A DNA stretch of 64,000 bases, taken from positions 7,502,001 through 7,566,000 of the forward strand of contig JAQFVV010000009.1 in assembly GCA_028023455.1 (NCBI GenBank). Direction: 5' to 3'. The translations under genes and the position numbers were made by a program. Origin of the DNA: Epiperipatus broadwayi. Taxonomy: Eukaryota > Animalia > Onychophora. A model generated the notes under the pieces. The model was not told where the DNA came from. It was given only the letters and a program-made list of their open reading frames with translations, and did no database searches. Shown in pieces: positions 52,851-64,000 of this stretch (positions within the stretch are counted from its first letter, which is position 1; each line of letters starts with the position of its first letter).

Positions 52851-55245
52851 TCACTTTAGAGGTTTTTTCCCTTCAGGTGATTTGTACTATCTCCAATAAT
52901 TATCCAATTTTATCAACCAGTAGATATTCCGTGAACATGATTCTTGCGGTCATTTTGCAGTTTTTTTTCCCTGTTAAAAATTACACCAGAAACTTTTAAA
53001 TTTGTCAATAATTTCTATTACGCAGAATACTTATCATTTGTGAAGTTATTATTATATATTATTTTATTTTTTAAACGAAATTATGTTATTCAATACTAAA
53101 ATGTATAACTTTGAAGAAGCAAAAATATAACTATGTTAACATTTAGGATCTAAAACTAAATAATAGACAGCAAAGCTGTCTGTTATATATATGTATGTAG
53201 AATATTATATGTGGAGAATTGAATGTTTTTAGCAATTTTAGATTTCTGATATAAATACAAAGAAGTTTGTCTATAGCGAGTACAATTTTTTTTTTCTTGG
53301 AAAGGAAAAACAATTTAATAATAGAACATGTCTTTCTCGCTAAACCAGGAAATTGTTTAAAAAAACAAATAAAATAGTAAAGATATATTTTTTTGTCGTT
53401 ATTGATTTAATAGTATTGTTTTAAAAATTTATTCCTGTTTGGTGCAACTTGTTATTATTAGGTGAAAACACGGAATTTTAATCGCAACATTTTTACGTCG
53501 TTCAAACACTATTATTTTTATCGTAAATCGAATTCTTCTTAGAACATTGTTTTTGAAAAGTATAAAAATATTAACTGTACTACATATATATATTTTTGAA
53601 AATGAAGAAATTAACAAAAATATAACATTATCTTTATAAATGTTGGAAGGAAAACCTAACAACGTATATGTATACATGTTGAGCTTCTAAAAAAAATTAC
53701 ATATATAAGGAAATAAATTATATAAATATAAGATCAAAGCTTATATGCAATAATGTTAATAATAATATCTTATTAAAAGAATCTAAAACAATCTTATTAT
53801 TTTAAACCATGACCGAGTGACCAAAAAACATTTATAATAAAATAAAATTTAGCAATAATGCCCCCCCCCCCCCCGCTTCTAAAAAAAAATGAATATATAA
53901 GATTAGAAAAAAATGTTAAAAACATTCTGGATGGTTTATTAAATGCTATTTGGCCTAACAAAAGATTTGGAAGATTTATAAAACATTAAATAAATGAGAG
54001 AAAAAAAAGAGAAACTGAAAGAAAATCAGCTTTTTGTGCAACTAAAATGTTGGCAGGGACATTTTCTTTGGGGAAAAAAGTATAGCAGCATATAAAAATT
54101 ATATGATTTGGATCAGGAAATGAACTGAAAAGATTAATATTTACATTGCAATTCTGTTTACATATATATGTAATGAAATATTGATAACACAAAAAGCCAT
54201 TTATTCAAAAAATTTTAGGACTTAACAAGGTAATACATATTTTTTTAGGACTTAACAGGGGAATATATCATTTTTGTTTGAAGACAAAATGAATAAACAA
54301 TTATTTTGGAGTTTGTAAGAGAGTTGTGAATGAAAGATAGAATTGATAAATTTACTTGATATGATTTTTGTCTTTTACCAGTGTTAGTGAGATTTAGCAT
54401 TACCTTATTCTAGAAAATCTATCTTAGTTATTCTACTTAATCAGTTAAATATTAGACTACTGTCAAGAGCATCTTATATCTATATAAAGAAAACCACCTT
54501 TCCTCAGTGGAAGATTGCATTATACTAAAATTTTATTCATATTACAAAATTCTTTATATTTCATAACCTTTATATTAAAGTTCATCCTCAAACTTCTTCA
54601 AAATAGCATTTCTTATTAAATAATATTCATTTTTAGATTTCATTTTGATTTTATATGTTTTTTTTTACTGGAAGTATACTAAAAGCATACTAAATCAATG
54701 TCTTTGTTCTGCATACTTCAGAATAATATGGACAGAATGTGCCTTCTTAATAAAAAGTATATAAAGTATTAATTTAAAAATAATTAAAATTGGCTTAACA
54801 CGCATACATAGGAATTTAAAAACTTCCATACAGAAAAATCATGCTTAAAATGTAGCATGTATTCATAAATATGACAAAAAATTAATTTTAAAAAAGCTTA
54901 AAAAAAGACTTAAAAATCATTTACATAAATTATTAGATTTCTTTTTTTATCTATTAATTTTAAAAAACCCAGACTGAATGATTTAGCACAAATAATTGAT
55001 ATTTTCTAACTATTTTATACCTAGAGAACCTGGTAACAATTATTGATTATAAATTATATCTAAGAATAAAAATTATCCTCTTTCAGTATCATATAATTTA
55101 AAATAAAATCACAGAGTTTTATCAATCAATATTTCTATAAAAGTAGTAAATAAATGTGAAATTTAAAGCTTTTTTTAAAAAACAACAACAACAAACAAAC
55201 AATAGTCCTGAGAGAAGTTAACCTATTTTTGCTTTAATTCTACTA

Positions 55246-56078
55246 CTGTGTTTCCCTGAAAATAAGACCTAACTAGAAAATAAACCCTAGCATTATTTTT
55301 CAGGTTGATAGTATAAGTTCTTGCCCAAATATAAGACCTAGATAAGATTGTCAATCTGATAAACAGAGATCATTCATCCATTGAGACACAGAACAAACAT
55401 ATAGAATTATAAAGTAATGAATATAATGCTCAAAACATTTATATATATTACAATTAGCATAAAAATTGAAAAAAAAAAAACATTTTAAATTAAAGTAATG
55501 AATATATAAATAAATGTAGGTTTTTATGCTTGAATAAATGTTACTCAAAATTATTTTGCAGGCAGACTCAGTTTGTAAACACAATTTTTCTTTTCATTTA
55601 TCAATGCAGCTTTCATTCAGTCTGACATGAGAATTCCTCTTTCATCTGATATTTAACTGTATATATTGTAAATAAATCAACATTGATATCTGAAACAGTT
55701 AAAACTTATTACTAGAAGGTGATCTTAGTTCATAAATTAATCAAGTCAGCTTAATGTTTTATATATTATTATCAATTAAATATTAATTTCAACAACATAT
55801 AAATAACTTTTAATATTCTCATTTATAATGAGAATGTTCTGTGATACTGGTATGTTATAATTCTATACATGACATATTCAAGCAGTAGTCAAAGTTATTT
55901 ACATGCTGTTGAAATTGATAATATTGAATAAATGTAGATTTTTGTACTTAAATAAATGTAGATTTTTGTATTTGAATGGTAAATGAAAAAAATAAGACAT
56001 TCCCTAAAAATAAGGCTGAAGCCATCTTTTTGAGCAAAAACTAATATAAGACCGGGTCTTATTTTTGGGAAAACATGA
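55246..56078. mobile_element. Tc1/mariner-superfamily (pogo/Tigger-type) MITE
   Basis: TIRs CTGTGTTTCCCTGAAAATAAGACC and GGTCTTATTTTTGGGAAAACATGA, with TA on both sides. Confidence 0.85.
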
Positions 56079-57108
56079 TAGAAAAAAAAAAAAGTGGTGG
56101 TAGTGAAAGGTTTTTTTTTTTTTGGATCACTTTTTCATGCTACCAATAAATGAAGTTTTCTATCAAAAGTTTTATGAAATTTCTTTTTTAAAGATATAGT
56201 TCAATTCTTTTTTCCAACGAGCAACTCAGTATTATCTGTTTGGATTTATAATATTTTCTCCATACATTTGTTAAGCTCATAACCAATGTCAAAATCACTT
56301 CTTAAATCAGGGTGGCTTATTTTCTCTCAAAGTTATCTACTCAAGCCATTAACTTCTCAGTTTTAAGAGAGACCATTTGTTGATTTAGCTGTATCTTTAT
56401 TAAAAAAGCATTCAAAGTAAATGATTTTTTTGAAAATTATGTCTTATAAAATTTCACTAATTCTACTCTTAACCAAATCTCTCAATCAGATTGCATAATT
56501 TATATTATGCATGGAAAAAATGAATTGCTCTATGTGTTTCTGTTTAATTAAAATAATCTTTAACTGGAGTTTAAAGCTTATATCTGAGCTAAGGATAACC
56601 TCTACTTTATTATTATTAATAAGCCGTAATGTTTTTGTCTGAAATGATTGGTGGGAAAGTTGTGAATACAGAAAGTTTGACACTTGCAAATCAATATATA
56701 ATAATTTGATATTGACAAATATTGATCAAATCTTGAAGAGATATGCAAGGAATTGTGATTCAGGCTAAGTGAAGAGTGCTGTTTTAGCATTAAATGTATA
56801 CTTTGAAAATCATTTTGTTTTTTTAATATGTCTTTATTCATATGCTTCAAGAATATGTGATAAAATTGAAGTTTCAGGAATATCTTAAAAAATATTACAC
56901 ATAGAACATATATTAATCTTTAACTGAGATTTGACATTTATATCTAAGCTAGAAATAATCTATCATTTAATAAATGGTTACTACAAAATTAATATATTTA
57001 TCTAAAATGTTTAGAGTCAAACTTGTGAGTGCAGAAAGTTTGATTTTTGTAAATTAAAGTATAATAATTAATTTACTACATGAATATTTAGAGATCAGTT
57101 CTTTTTAA

Positions 57109-59177
57109 CCCTTAAAAAGTTAAACTCTTTTACTGATCTTGATTTAAGTCAGTCAAATTTCAATCTTTGACCTTCAGTCACAAACCATAATAGATGTTGA
57201 CCATAATTGGTAATGCTATTAATCATCATGTTCTGATATCAGATGTTAATATTTCTCTGTGATAGGTTTATAAAAAAATCATTAAAATGTCAGACCAAAT
57301 ACAGCTGAAAATACTTTAAAATCTTTTCCAAATTCATTAACATTCAGCAGAATATATAATGAAATCCATCATCTTAATGCAAAAATAATAATTCATATAT
57401 CCTTCTTCAAATAAGCTATTTTCCAGATCCCAGAATTGATACTAGAATCATAAATCTTTGCAACCAAATGCCAACAAGAGCAATGGTAAGATAAAAAATT
57501 TCCATTGGCACCTACATTTTGCTGTCACTGAACATAATCCCCTCCACCCCCACTCTCCATCTTCCCAATTTTTTTTTAAAGAATGGTCAGAATTCAAAGA
57601 AATGTTCAAATAGAGAATTCTATGATGTTAAAATAAACTTTTATAAAAATATGAAAAAAAAAAGAAAAGAAAATAAACTTTTATCATATGTATATATTTT
57701 TCCATTATTTAAAATCCTCTTAACATTAATTAATATCAGTTTGCTCAACATATTTATTTAAACATACAATTAAACCTATTAATGCAATAATATTTTGTTT
57801 TAAAAAAAGAAAGATGTGGAAAAATCAACAATAACGACTTTTCACATTTATCTATTTTTCAGCAATAGTTTTTACTATTCCAATTACATCTCTTGTCTCT
57901 CTATATTTTATAAATCCGAATTATTCTTCAAATCAAATCCATTTATTCAAGACCTGCAACAGCACATTAACTTCATAGGAAATTAGAAAATTATTTTACA
58001 ATCTACACATTTCAATTAAGTCATTTTTCTAATAGAATTATAACTATTGATAGAAAATCAATTGAAGATTATACTGAATCAGTGATTGCATTAATAACAA
58101 ATTTTTTCAAAGACTTCTTCTCATTGTTTTCAATAATTTAGCATGAAATCTTCTGCCTGTTTTCATTTTAGTTATTATTGCTTTTACATCTTTGTCTTTC
58201 ATTATTACATAATCTATTTTATCTTTGTCTACATGATTTACTTTTTAATATAGGTATATAAATGATATATTTTGTGGGTTTATCCATGAATGATTCTGAT
58301 AATGAATATATGGACATTTTGGCTTGATCACATAAGCCATCAATTGGGTGATGATCAAGCCAAAATGTCAGTATATCCATATCAAAATCATACACTGATG
58401 AATCTTCAAAATATATCATTTATATCTGTAATGCATGAAAACCTTTTTATCAGCATATATATATATATTGTAATGGAAATATATAAATGATGTATGCATC
58501 CTCCAAGTTAGAGCATTTTTGATTGGAATGTAATTGATTTGCATATCCAAAATATGGTAGGGTTAATATCCTATAATCTTTTATATTTATAATCACCAGC
58601 TTTATTTTTATTTTATAGAAACAATATTTGTTTTATTGGGGGACCATATTTATATATAAAACTAGACACATGCACACATTTATATGTTACAATCCCTAAT
58701 TTCTGAGTTCAGTACTGAAATGTTAAACTATATTGATGTATAAAGAAGATTTTTGAGTGCAGAGAATAATTAACACGTTAAAACATAGTGAGGTCTAAAC
58801 AAGATTTTGGAGTACAGAGAATAAATAACAATATTAATAAAAATAATATTTAATTAATTTTTAACATAAGTTGATTATTTTCAATGTATATAACTGACAA
58901 GAATGTTATGCAAATTTTAAATTAAGAAAGATAAGAATTATCAGAATATTTTTTCAAGCAATGACATATTAGATTAGCTGAATGTTTGCATTATTCAATA
59001 TGTTTAAATTTAATTGGAACATTATTCTGTTACAAATAAGATAATTTAGATAAATATTGTTTGGTAAAATATTAATAAAGAGAATAAAATAAACATTAAT
59101 AACATAATTTATATAACTTACCCAGATTTCTATTAAGATAAGTAACTAAATAAGCAGAAAAAAAGTTCATGCAAGGG
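57109..59177 (-). mobile_element. Possible decayed piggyBac element
   Basis: TTAA|CCCTT ... AAGGG|TTAA ends and a weak LHFND-like relic near 57290. The TIR match is only 5 bp. Confidence 0.4.
58260..58421. repeat. Palindrome with arms of about 70 bp, probably an inverted pLTR junction through a hammerhead-like motif
   Basis: 58260-58330 is the reverse complement of 58352-58421. The minus strand reads GAT-GGCTT-ATGTGATC-AAGCC-AAAA-TGTC. Confidence 0.7.
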
Positions 59178-59818
59178 TTAATAATGTAAAAAATATTTCT
59201 AATTTCTGCTGTCAATCCAAATTTCAGATTTGAATTCAGTTGTATATCTGTTTATACTATTTTTTTTAATTTAAATTTTTTCTAGCAATAAATTTTTTCA
59301 TGTTCAACAAGTCTGATGGAAATTATTTTTTGTCTACTAATCCTTTGTAAAGAGCTTTTGAAGCTTTTGATTTTAAATAATTTGAAAATGAATAGTGCAG
59401 TGATAGCTTAGCAAAAAGAGAAACTAATATACTTTTATCCTTGCATACATTGGCCCTTTAAACAAGGATTCACCATAATGATTAACACCAAGTTAAAATC
59501 TACTGTTTTAAATTACAATCATTTATTCACAAAGATGACCTTTTAAAAAAAATATTGAATTTTTTTAATAATATATCAACCATTTTTAAAAATAAAAGCC
59601 TTTTTGTAAAATTAATGATGTTTCAGAATAGTAATTTTTTTAATATTATATCATCTAAGAATTAAATGATGATATTAAAGCTAAAAATACAGTTACTACA
59701 GAATTTATTCATTATATAGTAAACAACATTGTGTTTTGATTCTAGAATTTTCATCCAGCATGCTTGCAAGTCAATCTATGCTTTTATTTGTAATATATCC
59801 AAAGTAAAGCGGATTTTT

Positions 59819-59920
59819 TTTTAAGTGTCATAGCATCAGTCAGGATGCGAACCCGCAACCTGGGCAACTGCCTGCAAGTGCAAGGCAGTCGCGCTGACCT
59901 CTCGACCACCAATGCAAGAC
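59819..59920 (-). mobile_element. tRNA-derived SINE copy with A-tail and TSD
   Basis: GTCTT-GCATTGG-TGGTCGAGAGG...GGTTCGCATCC-TGA-CTGATGC-TATGACA-CTT-An. 13-bp TSD AAAGC(G/A)GATTTTT at 59806-59818 and 59921-59933. Confidence 0.8.
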
Positions 59921-61625
59921 AAAGCAGATTTTTATCACTAATAATTAAAAAAGCAAAAAAAAAAATGCAAAGTTTTATTCCATACATATTCAAAAGTATA
60001 CTTTGATCATGTACAATAACAAAGTGTATTAATAATAAATTTTAAAATCTATACATTAGATAAAGTATATGATAAAATTCTTATGATTACTAATTTTACT
60101 TGAAATAAAAATATAATCATTGTAATTATAAGTTAGCTTGGGTAATAAAAAGAGAGGGAAATGATTTCATGCATTATATAGATAATATTCAACCTTATAT
60201 GATCAAATTTTTGTAAAATATAAGTTTAAAATATCATTTATTTGTACAATTTTAAATCACTTCTCATAATTAATTTTTGACATATTCAAGATAATAGAGG
60301 TTTTTATTATAAATATAAAAAAATACAATATTGGCAAAAAACAAACAAACAAATAAAAATGATTTAATAATTTATGTTATTAAAATGATACCAATCAACC
60401 AAATGGTTACATTTCTTTATTAATTTTGACTGCATTTTTGTAAAATAAATTTGCAAACAATTGATAAAAAAAAACCCACCCCCCCCCCTTTTTTGTTTTA
60501 ATATAAAAAGTGCTCCATAACCCCCCCCCCCCCCATTTACAGTTCTATTGGTTAGATATTACAAAAATAGTATATTTTCATAGTTGGACATAAAATGCAT
60601 TAAAAATAAATTTTAAAACATACATTCTGTTGAGTTAATTTTTTTTTTCTTTCTACATACTTTATTTTAATCTATTAATCATTATTCAAAGAATATTATT
60701 ATCAGGCTATGCAAGAAACAAAATGGACTGTCAGTCAAAAAATTATAATTAAAAAAAATACTAAAATATTTTTATATAGTGTATTTACCCCACATGTTAG
60801 TAAATTTTTTTTATTGATAATATGCTTAGAAAAATGTTTCTTCACTAATTATTACTTTTTTCAAATTTAAGCTTTATTTTTAAAATCAGGTTTTTATATA
60901 TTTTGAATTTATTGTGCTAATTTTCATATTCAACAACTCTCAGAACTTTTCTTCAATATTTCTTTTTTAATGTAATAGTTGCCAAGTTATATTTGTTTTT
61001 TTGTTTTTTTCAAAAAACATATCAATATAATATGCAAAATATATCTTGCAATTTTAATGTTAGATTAATAAAATAGTATAATAAATTAACAAAGATATAA
61101 TTTAAATATATGTGAACTAATCACATGATAATAGCTGTTGTCAAGGTAACTTCTATAAATAAAAGTTGGATTCTCACCTTTCACTCTGGATGGTCTTAAT
61201 ATAGACAAGAATCAACTGTAACATTGAAATTTGTATATTTTTAGAAGTTTAAATAAACTCCATTAAAAAAGCAAATTTAACCTGTTTTAAAGTAGATTAA
61301 TAAATAATCATTTTTAAAACTGAACCCACTGCTATTCATTTTATTTGAATAATAAACATGATTTAGCACAATGCTAGATGATTCATAAATGTAAATCACA
61401 TGGTAACATCCGAAACCTATCTGTATACAGAATCTTCAATCTGGCGTCAAGATAATTTCTATAAGTAGAAGTCAATTCTCATCTTTTTTTCTGATTTTAA
61501 GATCTTAATATAAAGTTGATATATGGACTGTAACAGAATAAGATGTTTATATTTTTAGAAGTTTAAATAAACTCCATTAAATGGGAAAATATGACCTGTT
61601 TCATATTCTAGGAAAAACTTGTCAA

Positions 61626-61697
61626 GCATTGGTGGCCTAGTGGTTAGCATAGCTGCCTTCCAAGAAGTTGGCCTGGGTTCACTTCCCAGTCAATGCT
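61626..61697 (+). pseudogene. tRNA-Gly(TCC)-like pseudogene or SINE head
   Basis: 72-nt cloverleaf with anticodon TCC at 61659-61661. Acceptor and T stems pair, but the D stem is disrupted, the anticodon stem has a G-A mismatch, the T-loop is TTCACTT (loses A58) and the discriminator is T. Confidence 0.8.
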
Positions 61698-62397
61698 TTG
61701 ACATATATATATATAAATCTCAAACTATTAAAGTCCAAATGTCAACTTTTTTGTCTATATTAAAATTTTAGATGAGTGAAAAGTTGAAATCCATCAGAGA
61801 GCCTGCCTTGACAACATATTGAAGGGTTATTGTCTAGATTAGCTTGGGCTGTTATTCTATGATCTAATAAATTATCTAGTTTTGTGCAAAATCAGCTTTA
61901 TGTTTATGCAAATATAAAAAAAACTAAAGATAAAAATGTATAAGATATATACTTACGGTAAATAAAAACTAGACCAACAGATCTGATGCAGTCAAACAAA
62001 AAAAAATTTTCCCTCATGGCTGGAAAAATTATAGTTGAACTCATTATAGAAATACATATGTTCTTAGGTTGTGTATTTTTATTATTTTTTTGTGAAAAAA
62101 TTACATTCGCCATAATTCCATTACTGTGATTTTTTAAAAACCACATAAAACTGTCAAATAAAAATTGACTGCAAAAGTAAAGGCATGTCAATTTGAAGCT
62201 ACTACCAATCATGATAACTTTACTTGCAACACAGTGGCAAAATCTTGCCCTAGTGGTTTAAAAGCTTTGTTGAGTTAGTTACAACAATGTAGTTGTAAAA
62301 CTAAAAATTAAGAGTGGTAACTTGGATTAAAATCAAAAATAAGAGTGGTAATTTTGAATAAAATTAAAAATAATTACAAGTGGTACCTTGCATAAAT

Positions 62398-64000
62398 ATG
62401 ACTAATGCAATTGTCTCTATGGAAGCTTTTGACCTGACTCAACCTGAGAACTGGTCAAATTATGAGATCCACTTGATTTTTTACTTACAGGTCCACTAGA
62501 TTAAAAAACCTGAAGTAAAGTTAGCCATTCTAATGACCATTACAGGTCTGCAGCCATATAATATACTCAAGTCTCAATCTACGGCTGTAACTCCAGCAGA
62601 ACTGGAATTTGACAGAGTGTTGACAATTCAGACAGGGTATTTCCCCCCTAAACCCTTGACAGTAATGCAGAGATACCATTTTAATATCAGCATGCAAGAA
62701 CGGGGAAAACAACTAGAGAATTTGCAATGAGAATCTGAACATTAGCTTTGAAATGCAATTTCAAAGACTTCATGAATGAAACACTCCATGATCATTTGTA
62801 ACATAAACTATCACAGTTTGAGGCAGAAAATATTGATGATTCTGGATCTAGATTTTGAGAGAGTGGTAGATCAGGCAGGACTAGCAGAGACTATAGCTAG
62901 TCAAGCTACCCCATTAAAAGAATGAGTATGATGTGCAAAAAATTAAGCATAACACTAAGTCATCCAAATACTCAGTAAGGTCAGAGAACTCAGCATCATA
63001 TAGTCCAAGGCTTTGCTATAGATGCAATGAACAAATGCACAGACATATAGAACACCCATACCATGATGCAATATGCACATTTTGCAAGTGATTCAGACAT
63101 ATAAAGGTGGCAGGTCTGAAATTGAAAAGACAAATGGCTGATATGAGAATGGAAAAACCCTTTAAAAAAAACAGTAAAGGCAATCATAAGAAATCTAAAC
63201 AAGTTGCCAGTATCAAACATATCAAACATGACCAGTCTGGATTTTATGTTATAATTAATGATTAATCAATTAGGATGGAACTTGACACATGGTCAGAAGT
63301 GTCTATAGTTTCAAGAAATACCTGGACAATCATTAATATCAAGGGAATAAAATCAAACTGTTGGGTCAAACAACAGGAAAAATTATTATGCCTAACAAAA
63401 CTATATCCTACCACTGGTAGTGGCATCAGGTAACCATAGTGATTTAATAGGTGGTGACTGGTTCAGACACTTAGGGTTCAAAGTGACCAAAGTGAACCAG
63501 CTCAACATTATCAAAGATAAAATTTGACTATTCAGAAGTTTTTAACAAAAATACAGGTCTGTTCATGGGGAAACCATGGTCCCACTAAAGGAGAGGTAAA
63601 ACCTATAAGTTATAAGTGCAGATCACTTCCACTAGCTTTGCATACTAAAGTACAAGCAGAGCTTGAAAAGTGGCTGACAGCTGGCATAATTGAGCCTATA
63701 TCTTATTCTGAGTGGATCATTCCTATAGTACCAGTAATAAAAGAGAATGGTGATATACATATATGTGGAAATTATCATTGTACAATCAACAAAGCACTTG
63801 ATCTAGATAATTATCCACCACCATCAATCAAACAAATCCTATCCACACTGTCAGCTGGTAGGGTCTTTTATCAAAGGGTTATTTAAAATGAACTGACTAC
63901 TCTTGGGTATATCAGTCACCATGGCTATTTTCCAGAGAATCATGGATCAACTGACTTCTGGAGTACCACAGGTGGACTACAATACTTTGATGATATATAG
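62398..64000 (+). mobile_element. Ty3/Gypsy LTR retrotransposon gag-pol relic, truncated by the window end
   Basis: Gag-like MEAFDLTQPENW..Y..GYFPPKP..QRYHF..LALKCNF, decayed knuckle CTFCK*FRHI, protease MELDTWSEVSIV (63275), and RT GIIEPISYSEWIIPIVPVIKENGDIHICGNY...IFQRIMD...YFDDI. Multiple stops and frameshifts. Confidence 0.92.

Noticed and set aside
61620-61703. TG...CA ends suggesting a solo LTR or TRIM carrying a tRNA
   Set aside because: Related copies have 13-14 bp TSDs and an A-tail (LINE-type insertion), not the 4-6 bp TSDs of LTR elements.
62226-62390. Possible PBS/LTR upstream of the Gypsy gag, and three short AAGAGTGGTA-like repeats
   Set aside because: The PBS match is too weak and no second LTR is available in the window to define boundaries.

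Overview
Very AT-rich, visibly CpG-depleted metazoan genomic DNA; an invertebrate, probably an arthropod, is my inference. Most of the window is long introns filled with decayed transposons, and most ORFs in the supplied track are spurious. Three host-gene segments are supported: (1) the last coding exon of FBXO45/Fsn at 13036-13221 (+); (2) the first coding exon of an ACER3-type alkaline ceramidase at 42287-42383 (+), in a CpG-rich promoter region; (3) a phase-consistent three-exon gene on the minus strand (about 39642-37189), absent from the ORF track, whose product aligns by eye with the N-terminal domain of the kinetochore protein Mis12 and which sits head-to-head with ACER3. Repeats include RTE LINEs (a younger copy nested in an older one, a second old copy, and a near-full-length BovB-like relic), Penelope-like elements with several hammerhead-ribozyme-like motif families mostly in head-to-head inverted pairs, Ty3/Gypsy and possible BEL/Pao relics, mariner, pogo, piggyBac and hAT relics, MITEs, and a tRNA-derived SINE family whose flanks extend the acceptor stem. 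All protein family assignments are by-eye recognition, not database searches.
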